Part shown: positions 16,017 through 22,242 of the stretch, one piece after another
Layout of the letters: the number at the start of each line of letters is the position of its first letter
How positions within the stretch are numbered: position 1 is the first letter of the stretch
Source: an uncultured Coriobacteriaceae bacterium
GTDB lineage: Bacteria; Actinomycetota; Coriobacteriia; Coriobacteriales; Atopobiaceae
Length of the DNA: 24,000 nt
Reading direction: 5' to 3'
Assembly (NCBI GenBank): GCA_902801175.1
Contig: CADCHF010000011.1
Location: forward strand, 25,263-49,262
Program-made: the position numbers and the translations under genes
Notes under the pieces: model-generated
Told to the model about the DNA's origin: nothing
Database searches by the model: none
Seen by the model: the letters and a program-made list of their open reading frames with translations, nothing else

Positions 16017-16160
16017 CTAGCGCGTTCCAAATACAGCGCCAACGCCAGCTGCAAAGTGATAGTCGTAGTTACCAACCGAACCGTTTCCCGTGGCTGCGGC
16101 AACTGCCTCGTAAACAATGCCGGCGACGACCATCGCACCAATGATGTAAAGAGCTCCCAT
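16017..16160 (-). CDS. Unlisted 47-aa hydrophobic small protein (hypothetical)
   Basis: Below the ORF-track length cutoff. ATG at 16160 is preceded by GGGAGG (16170-16175) with a 7-nt spacer. Hand translation gives MGALYIIGAMVVAGIVYEAVAAATGNGSVGNYDYHFAAGVGAVFGTR*. It has its own terminator downstream, an AT-rich upstream region and a TTGACG-N16-TAACAT promoter-like sequence on the minus strand near 16206-16236. The overlapping track ORF 15812..16141 has no RBS and an implausible composition. Confidence 0.45.
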   Translation of the reverse strand: MGALYIIGAMVVAGIVYEAVAAATGNGSVGNYDYHFAAGVGAVFGTR

Positions 16161-16410
16161 GGCTATACCTCCCGCTTGCGCGAAACATCTCTGTAATAAT
16201 CGACTTTAATGTTACTACTTTGTTTCGACGCGTCAATACAAAAGGCAGGGGATTTTTGCCTTTGACCAACTGGCCAAGAGAAGTGCATTGCGGGCAGCTT
16301 TGCAGGTATCGCCAATATCATCTCCTGGCACACGGACTGCAGACGCGGTTGGTTTTGCCTGCCACGCCCGTGCTACCATGCCAGTGTTACGACATACGAA
16401 AGGACCTGCC

Positions 16411-17619
16411 ATGCGTTTTGACTTCACCACCATCCCGGACCGCCATGGCCACGACGCCATTGCAATTGATGGCTTGGGTGACGGCACTGGCTTTGCACCA
16501 GCCGGGCCCAAGGAAGGCTTTGACTCGATCCCACTGTGGGTTGCCGACATGAGCTTTGCCACGGCACCCTCGGTCACGCGCGCCATGCACGAGCGCATCG
16601 ACCACCCCTTCTTTGGCTACTACGCCGAAACCGACACCTATTACCAGGCCATCATCGACTGGCACGCCAACCGCAAGGGCGTCACCGACATCACGCGCGA
16701 CTGCATTGGCTACGAGAACGGCGTACTCGGAGGCGTTGTGAGCGCACTCGACGTGCTCTGCTCCCGCGGCGACAACGTGCTCGTTCACTCCCCCACCTAC
16801 GTGGGATTTACCGGCTGCTGCGAGAACAACGGCTATCACCTGGTTCATAGCCCACTCGTGCTCGACGAGGCCGGCGTGTGGCGCATGGACTTTGAAGACA
16901 TGGAGCGGCGCATTGTAGACAACAAGATCCACTGCGCCATCTTCTGCTCGCCGCACAACCCCTGCGGTCGCGTGTGGGAGCGCTGGGAGCTTGAGAAGGC
17001 CATGGCGCTCTTTGAGAAGCACGACGTGTGGGTCATCTCCGACGAGATCTGGAGCGACATCCTGCTCAACGGCAACACCCACACCCCCACGCAGCAGGTG
17101 AGCGAGTGGGCACACGAGCACACCGTTGCCCTTTACGCACCGTCCAAGACCTTCAACCTGGCCGGCCTTATTGGCTCCTACCACGTTATCTACAACCCGT
17201 GGCTGCGCGACCGCGTGCGCAAGCAGAGCTCGCTTGGCCACTACAACAGCCAGAACGTCGTGAGCATGCATGCGCTGGTTGGCGCGTACAGCGAGGAGGG
17301 CGCCGCCTGGACCAACGAGCTCTGCCAGGTGCTGTCCGCAAACGTTAACTACGCGCACGAGAAGCTGGCGTCCTACGAAGGCGTGACGTGCGCCCATCCA
17401 GAGGGCACCTATGTGCTGCTTGCCGACTGTCGCGAGTGGTGTGACGCCCACGGCGTGAGCTACGCGGACTTCCCGCGCCTGGGCTGGGATGTGGGCGTGA
17501 CCTGGCACGACGGGCGCCTGTTTGAGTGCCCGGGCTTTGTGCGCATTGCCGTGAGCGTGCCGCACTCGCAGGTAGTAGAGGCCTTTGACCGGCTGGACCG
17601 CCACGTGTTTGGTGCGTAG
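16411..17619 (+). CDS. MalY/PatB-family PLP-dependent C-S lyase (cystathionine beta-lyase-type aminotransferase class I/II)
   Basis: ORF 16288..17619, trimmed to ATG 16411. The protein starts MRFDFTTIPDRHGHDAIAI. It also contains WVADMSF, FGYY, HSPTYVGF, CSPHNPCGRVW, DEIWSD and the PLP-lysine block YAPSKTFNLAGL. Confidence 0.85.
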   Translation: MRFDFTTIPDRHGHDAIAIDGLGDGTGFAPAGPKEGFDSIPLWVADMSFATAPSVTRAMHERIDHPFFGYYAETDTYYQAIIDWHANRKGVTDITRDCIGYENGVLGGVVSALDVLCSRGDNVLVHSPTYVGFTGCCENNGYHLVHSPLVLDEAGVWRMDFEDMERRIVDNKIHCAIFCSPHNPCGRVWERWELEKAMALFEKHDVWVISDEIWSDILLNGNTHTPTQQVSEWAHEHTVALYAPSKTFNLAGLIGSYHVIYNPWLRDRVRKQSSLGHYNSQNVVSMHALVGAYSEEGAAWTNELCQVLSANVNYAHEKLASYEGVTCAHPEGTYVLLADCREWCDAHGVSYADFPRLGWDVGVTWHDGRLFECPGFVRIAVSVPHSQVVEAFDRLDRHVFGA

Positions 17620-17656
17620 GGAAACAGCTCGGCGCTCTGGTCTTGAATGACACGTT

Positions 17657-17695
17657 GGCCCTCTGCAAGGTCTTTCGCAGAGGGCCTTAACTTAT
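17657..17695 (+). terminator. Stem-loop terminator between the convergent C-S lyase gene and hydE
   Basis: GGCCCTCTGC (17657-17666) pairs perfectly with GCAGAGGGCC (17677-17686). TTAACTTAT follows on the + strand, a weak T tract. No T tract follows on the minus side. Confidence 0.5.
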
Positions 17696-17793
17696 GCGGA
17701 AAGACGTGCTGGCGCTGGTCCAACGGCGGCATCCCATTTCTTGTCAGACGTTTTGCCGCAGGGCCGGCATAGGTGGAGCCCGGCGACCCTCCC

Positions 17794-18852
17794 CTACTTA
17801 CGGATGTCTCCCCTGTCCACAGAGATCTCGTAACCAATGAGATTCATGCGCAGGCCCAGGCAACCCTTGCACTGCGCGGACTCCTCGCCGGTGCAAATCT
17901 TGTTGTCGTAGAGCTCGTACTGCTTGCGAACGGCAACGGGAGACAGGTTGGGCATCACCACGTTGGCACCCGCGAGCATCCCCTTCTCGCGACCGCGCGG
18001 GTCAATGGTTCCGAGGGCCGTCGTTGCCGGCAGCAGAACGTTGGGATAGATGAGCCTTATCAGACTCAGCAGGTAAAGGGTCATGTCGAGCGTGCCGGCC
18101 GGCTCATCGCGAAACGGCGTGTCGTGGTGCGGGATAAAGGGGCCAATGCCGCACATGTCGGGCTTGAAGTCCTCCACAAAGCGCAGCTCCTGCACCAGGT
18201 GCTCCATCGTTTGGAAGGGCGAGCCGACCATGAAGCCCGCGCCAACCTGAAAGCCCACCTCACGCAGGTCGCGCAGGCACTGCATGCGATGTTCCCAGCT
18301 CATGGTTGCAGGATGCAGCCGGGCGTAGTGCTCGGGATTGGCCGTCTCGTGGCGCAGCAGGTAGCGCGATGCGCCCGCGTCAAACAGGTGCTGGTAGCTC
18401 TCGCGGTTCCGCTCTCCCATCGAGAGGGTGACGGCCGTGTCGGGGCAGCTCTCACAGATGCGGCGCACCACGTCCCCTAGCACCTCGTCGGCGTAGTACG
18501 CGTCCTCGCCGCCCTGAAGCACAATGGTGCGAAATCCCAGCTCCCAGCCCTCGCGCGCACAGTCGACAATGGTGTCGGGCTCTAGGCGATAGCGCTCCAC
18601 GTTGGTGTTTGAGCGCCTAATGCCGCAGTACAGGCAATCGTTTTTGCAGATGTTGGAAATCTCGATGAGCCCACGCACAAAGACCTTCTTGCCATAGATG
18701 GGCTCTCGGGCCTCCACCGCTTTCTCTGCCAGCAGCTCCGCCAGCTCGGGCGAGCGGTTTGCAAGCAGCGCGCGGTAACCCTCGTCATCAAGGTGATGCT
18801 CACTGGCAAGCTGGTCGACCAGCGCCACCAGCTCGGCAGATGGTTGGCTCAT
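17794..18852 (-). CDS. hydE: [FeFe]-hydrogenase H-cluster radical SAM maturase HydE
   Basis: A 352-aa ORF. IEISNICKNDCLYCGIRRSN carries the CxxxCxxC motif. Other blocks are IVLQGGED, YLLRHETANP, GAGFMVG, CGIGPFIPHHDTP, LPATTALGTI, GANVVMPN and YELYDNKIC. They match block by block the Thermotoga maritima HydE sequence as I recall it, and the length is right. Confidence 0.9.
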   Translation of the reverse strand: MSQPSAELVALVDQLASEHHLDDEGYRALLANRSPELAELLAEKAVEAREPIYGKKVFVRGLIEISNICKNDCLYCGIRRSNTNVERYRLEPDTIVDCAREGWELGFRTIVLQGGEDAYYADEVLGDVVRRICESCPDTAVTLSMGERNRESYQHLFDAGASRYLLRHETANPEHYARLHPATMSWEHRMQCLRDLREVGFQVGAGFMVGSPFQTMEHLVQELRFVEDFKPDMCGIGPFIPHHDTPFRDEPAGTLDMTLYLLSLIRLIYPNVLLPATTALGTIDPRGREKGMLAGANVVMPNLSPVAVRKQYELYDNKICTGEESAQCKGCLGLRMNLIGYEISVDRGDIRK

Positions 18853-18856
18853 GGCA

Positions 18857-18896
18857 GGTTCCTCTCGGTCGGATGAGAATCCTCTCAGTCGGATGT
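18857..18896. repeat. Tandem 20-nt direct repeat covering the hydE Shine-Dalgarno region
   Basis: On the + strand, CCTCTCGGTCGGATG (18861-18875) and CCTCTCAGTCGGATG (18881-18895) are 14/15 identical with a 20-nt period. On the minus strand this reads CATCCGACTGAGAGGATTCT CATCCGACCGAGAGGAACCT GCC ATG, so the GAGAGG SD is duplicated. Confidence 0.6.
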
Positions 18897-18919
18897 TCCA
18901 TCAATATACGAAACGCTCG

Positions 18920-18940
18920 GCAAATGCAAGCCGCATTTGC
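18920..18940. promoter_or_regulatory. Perfect palindrome GCAAATGC-N5-GCATTTGC in the hydE / nifH-like divergent control region (candidate operator)
   Basis: Read directly at 18920-18927 and 18933-18940, near the centre of the 211-bp divergent intergenic region. Function is inferred from position only. Confidence 0.3.
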
Positions 18941-19063
18941 GTTGTACAGATGGCGAAGCCTTCTAGAAGAAGAGACGGCTATAGGCTTTTGCTATGATGG
19001 CCCTGTACACTCACGATCTGACCGCGAGGACCTGTCCAAGCAGGAAGACACGAGGTTTTTACC

Positions 19064-19843
19064 ATGCTCAAGATTGCTCTTTATGGCAAGGGCGGCATCG
19101 GCAAGTCCACGATGACCAGCAACCTTGCCGCCGCATTTGCCACGTTGGGTAAGCGCGTCATCCAGATTGGCTGCGACCCCAAGGCCGACTCCACCATCAA
19201 CCTGCTCGGCGGGCAGCCGCTTGAGCCCGTCATGACCTACCTGCGGCTCCATGACGACGACCCCAGCTCGATCGACGAGATTGCGCGCGAGGGCTTTGGC
19301 GGAGTCCTTTGCATTGAGACCGGTGGACCCACCCCGGGCCTTGGCTGCGCCGGCCGTGGCATCATTGCCACCTTTAACCTGCTCGAGGACCTGCGCCTCT
19401 TTGAGACCTACCAGCCCGACGTGGTCCTCTACGACGTGTTGGGCGATGTGGTGTGCGGAGGCTTTGCCGCCCCCATTCGCGAGGGCTATGCCGAAAAGGT
19501 GCTCATCGTCACCTCTGGCGAGAAGATGGCCCTCTATGCGGCAAACAACATCAGCACCGCCGTGCACAACTTTGAGGACCGCGGCTACGCCAAGGTCGCC
19601 GGCATCATCCTCAACCATCGCAACGTGCCCGACGAGACCGCCAAGGTCCAGGCCTTTGCCGACGAGCACGACCTTGCCATTGTGGCCGAGATTCCTCGCT
19701 CCGACGATATCAACCGCTGCGAGGACCAGGGCATGACGGTTGTGGAAGCCGACCCGACCCTTCCCGTGAGCCGTCGCTTTATTGAGCTGGCCGAGCAGCT
19801 GCTCGCCAATGCCGAGGCCGACCACACACCCGAGCAGGAGTAA
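19064..19843 (+). CDS. NifH/BchL-family nitrogenase-iron-protein-like ATPase ([4Fe-4S] dimer type)
   Basis: A 259-aa ORF. The Walker A is [10 protein letters not shown] and switch I is GCDPKADST. Both cluster-ligand cysteines sit in canonical context: [15 protein letters not shown] (C95) and [17 protein letters not shown] (C131). These compare with NifH ESGGPEPGVGCAGRGVI and [17 protein letters not shown]. It also has [13 protein letters not shown]. Confidence 0.9.
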   Translation: MLKIALYGKGGIGKSTMTSNLAAAFATLGKRVIQIGCDPKADSTINLLGGQPLEPVMTYLRLHDDDPSSIDEIAREGFGGVLCIETGGPTPGLGCAGRGIIATFNLLEDLRLFETYQPDVVLYDVLGDVVCGGFAAPIREGYAEKVLIVTSGEKMALYAANNISTAVHNFEDRGYAKVAGIILNHRNVPDETAKVQAFADEHDLAIVAEIPRSDDINRCEDQGMTVVEADPTLPVSRRFIELAEQLLANAEADHTPEQE

Positions 19844-19845
19844 CC

Positions 19846-22242
19846 ATGCAACAAGCCGCCCGCTTCTACACGGCGGCCGAGCTCGCACGTCGAGGGGTCG
19901 ATGACCTTCCCGACGAGCTGGTTTCGTCCCGCCACCTTATCTATAGCTCGCCCGCAACACTGGCATACAACTCACCGGGTGCCGAGGGCTTTGGCGTAAA
20001 GCGCGCAGGCCTGGCCATTCCCGGCTCGGTCATGCTCGTTGTGGCCCCTGGCTGCTGTGGGCGCAACACCTCGCTCATTAGCGAGATGCCCGCCTATCAC
20101 GACCGCTTCTTCTACCTCACGATGGACGAGACCGACATTGTGACCGGACGCCACCTGCGCAAGATTCCCCAGGCGGTCGAGGAGGTCGTGGCGCGCCTCG
20201 AGACGGCACCGAGCGTGGTGATGATCTGCATCACCTGCGTCGACGCCCTTTTGGGCACCGACATGGAGCGCGTGTGCCGCCGTGCCGAGGAGCGCGCAGG
20301 CGTGCCCGTGCGGCCCTGCTACATGTACGCCCTCACGCGCGAGGGCCGCAGGCCGCCCATGGTGCACGTGCGCCAGAGCCTCTACTCGCTGCTCAAGCCG
20401 CGTCGCAAGCGTGCGACCTCGGTGAACATCATGGGCAGCTTTGCCCCGTACGCCAGCGACTGCGAGCTTTACCGCTACCTTGCCGGCATTGGCGTGCGCA
20501 CGGTGCGCGAGGTGTCCCGCTGCGCCAGCCTCGCGGAGTTTGAGGACATGGCCGAGGCAAACTTCAACCTGGTGCTGCATCCCGAGGCGCGCTTTGCAGC
20601 GGCCGACCTGCAGGAGCGTCTGCAGATTCCCTCGATTGAGCTCACCCGTCTCTATCAGCTCGACCGGATTCGTCGCCAGTACCAGGCCCTAGGCCAGGTG
20701 CTTGGGGCAAGCTTTGACGACGAGGCGGACTATGCCGCTGCCGAGGGGGCTATCGAGGCCTTCCGCGCGGCCCAGCCAGACGCAAGCTTTGCCGTGGGCG
20801 AGTGCCTTAACGCCGACCCCTTTGAGCTTGCACTGGCCCTTGTGCGCTACGGATTTGCCGTGCGCGAGGTGTTTGGCACCATCTCGGCCGAGAACTTTGT
20901 CTTTGTGCGGCACCTGGCCGAGCTTGCGCCCGAGGTTCGCGTGTACTCCAACATGGAGCCCACGATGATTCACTATGACGCCGCCGAATGCCCGGTAAGC
21001 GTTGCCCTGGGCAAGGACGCCGGCTGGTATCACCCCGAGGCCGTGTGCCTGCCGTGGAACTCCGACGTGCAGCCCTTTGGCTATGCGGGAGTACGGGCGC
21101 TCTTTGAGTCGCTGCGCGAGGCTTGCGCCGAGGATGCTGGCAAGGGCGCGGAAAGCCCCGCGCCTGCCAGCCCAGCCGACAACCTGCGCCCGCTCGACCT
21201 CGCCAAGCCGCTCCCTCGCGGCCTGCGCACCTATCTCACGCCCTTTGCGCCAGACCAGTCGGGTGCCGTGTCGGTGCTCTACGAGCTGGGTGGACTCACC
21301 GTCATCTGCGACGCAGGCGGCTGCACCGGCAACGTCTGCGGCTTTGACGAGCCGCGCTGGCACAACGAGCGCTCGGCTGTGTTTAGCGCGGGCCTGCGTG
21401 ACATGGACGCCATCATGGGTCGCGACGACAAGCTCGTGGCCGAGCTCGCCGACGCAGCCACCAAGATTGATGCCCGTTTTGCGGCCGTAGTGGGCACGCC
21501 CGTCCCGGCTGTCATTGGCACCGACTACCGGGCACTGCGCCGAATGGCAGAGCGCGCCTGCGACCTTCCGGTGGTCACGGTAGACTCCTCGGGCACGCGC
21601 CTTTACGACGACGGCGCCCGCAAGGCCTACCTCGCCCTCTTTGAGCGCTTTGCCACCGAGGAGCTGCCAGTTGTGCCCGGCCGCGTAGGTGTGATTGGCG
21701 CCAACCCGCTCGACATCGACGCGCTCGACTCGCACGAGATCTGCGAGGCCATCCCCGGTGCCGTCTGCTATGGCATGGGCGCGGGCCTCGACGACATCGC
21801 CGCAGCCTCGAGCGCCGAGCGCAACGTGGTCGTTGCCCCCTCGGGCCTTGCCGCGGCACAGCTGCTGCAGAAGCGCTTTGGCACTCCGTACGAGGTGCTC
21901 GACCCACGCGCCACGCGCATGGCGGTCCAGATGGACGTTGCGGGCAAGCGCGTGCTCATCGTCCACCAGCAGGTCACGGCAAACTCACTGCGCGAGGAGC
22001 TCCTCGCAAAGGGCGCGCTTGAGGTCAACTGCGCCACCTGGTTCATGCAGGACCGCTCCCTTGCAAAGCCGCAGGACGTCCACCTTGCCGAGGAGGCCGA
22101 CTTTGCCCGTCTTGTGGCCGAGGGCTCCTTTGACGTGATCGTGGGCGACCCCGTCCTGTGGCGCATCATTGGCAACTGGGACGGCACCACCTATGACCTG
22201 CCACAGTTTGCGGTCTCGGGAAAGCTCGGTGGAAACTCATGA
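19846..22242 (+). CDS. Single-chain fusion of two nitrogenase component-1-type (NifD/E/BchN-like plus NifK/N/BchB-like) oxidoreductase domains
   Basis: A 798-aa ORF starting 2 nt after the nifH-like stop, with AGGAG 5 nt upstream. The N-terminal half has VVAPGCCGRN (C70/C71) and VMICITCVDALLGTD (C128/C131), the xxTCxxxxIGxD block of the family. A Pro/Ala-rich linker EDAGKGAESPAPASPADNLRPLDLAKP lies at about nt 21118-21226. The C-terminal half has VICDAGGCTGNVCG (C488/C493/C498) and AAVVGTPVPAVIGTD. Confidence 0.82.
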   Translation: MQQAARFYTAAELARRGVDDLPDELVSSRHLIYSSPATLAYNSPGAEGFGVKRAGLAIPGSVMLVVAPGCCGRNTSLISEMPAYHDRFFYLTMDETDIVTGRHLRKIPQAVEEVVARLETAPSVVMICITCVDALLGTDMERVCRRAEERAGVPVRPCYMYALTREGRRPPMVHVRQSLYSLLKPRRKRATSVNIMGSFAPYASDCELYRYLAGIGVRTVREVSRCASLAEFEDMAEANFNLVLHPEARFAAADLQERLQIPSIELTRLYQLDRIRRQYQALGQVLGASFDDEADYAAAEGAIEAFRAAQPDASFAVGECLNADPFELALALVRYGFAVREVFGTISAENFVFVRHLAELAPEVRVYSNMEPTMIHYDAAECPVSVALGKDAGWYHPEAVCLPWNSDVQPFGYAGVRALFESLREACAEDAGKGAESPAPASPADNLRPLDLAKPLPRGLRTYLTPFAPDQSGAVSVLYELGGLTVICDAGGCTGNVCGFDEPRWHNERSAVFSAGLRDMDAIMGRDDKLVAELADAATKIDARFAAVVGTPVPAVIGTDYRALRRMAERACDLPVVTVDSSGTRLYDDGARKAYLALFERFATEELPVVPGRVGVIGANPLDIDALDSHEICEAIPGAVCYGMGAGLDDIAAASSAERNVVVAPSGLAAAQLLQKRFGTPYEVLDPRATRMAVQMDVAGKRVLIVHQQVTANSLREELLAKGALEVNCATWFMQDRSLAKPQDVHLAEEADFARLVAEGSFDVIVGDPVLWRIIGNWDGTTYDLPQFAVSGKLGGNS

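Noticed and set aside
15812-16141. 109-aa minus-strand ORF from the track (MVRWSSPALFTRQLPQ...)
   Set aside because: It has no RBS and a Arg/Pro/Leu-rich, implausible sequence, and it runs through two terminator hairpins. The alternative 47-codon frame (16017..16160), with a GGGAGG RBS, explains the region better.
16411-18852. MalY/PatB C-S lyase as a functional partner of hydE (a sulfur or cysteine link to H-cluster assembly)
   Set aside because: The genes are convergent and separated by 174 bp containing a terminator hairpin. C-S lyases of this family are common housekeeping or regulatory enzymes. The sequence gives no evidence for coupling.
19064-22242. Interpreting the nifH-like and nifDK-like genes as a nitrogen-fixation (nif) locus
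   Set aside because: The D-like and K-like parts are fused and much shorter than NifD/NifK. No nifB/E/N/V or other nif accessory genes are visible, and the neighbours are hydE and hypF. It is better described as a nitrogenase-like (group IV/Nfl-type) system of unknown function.
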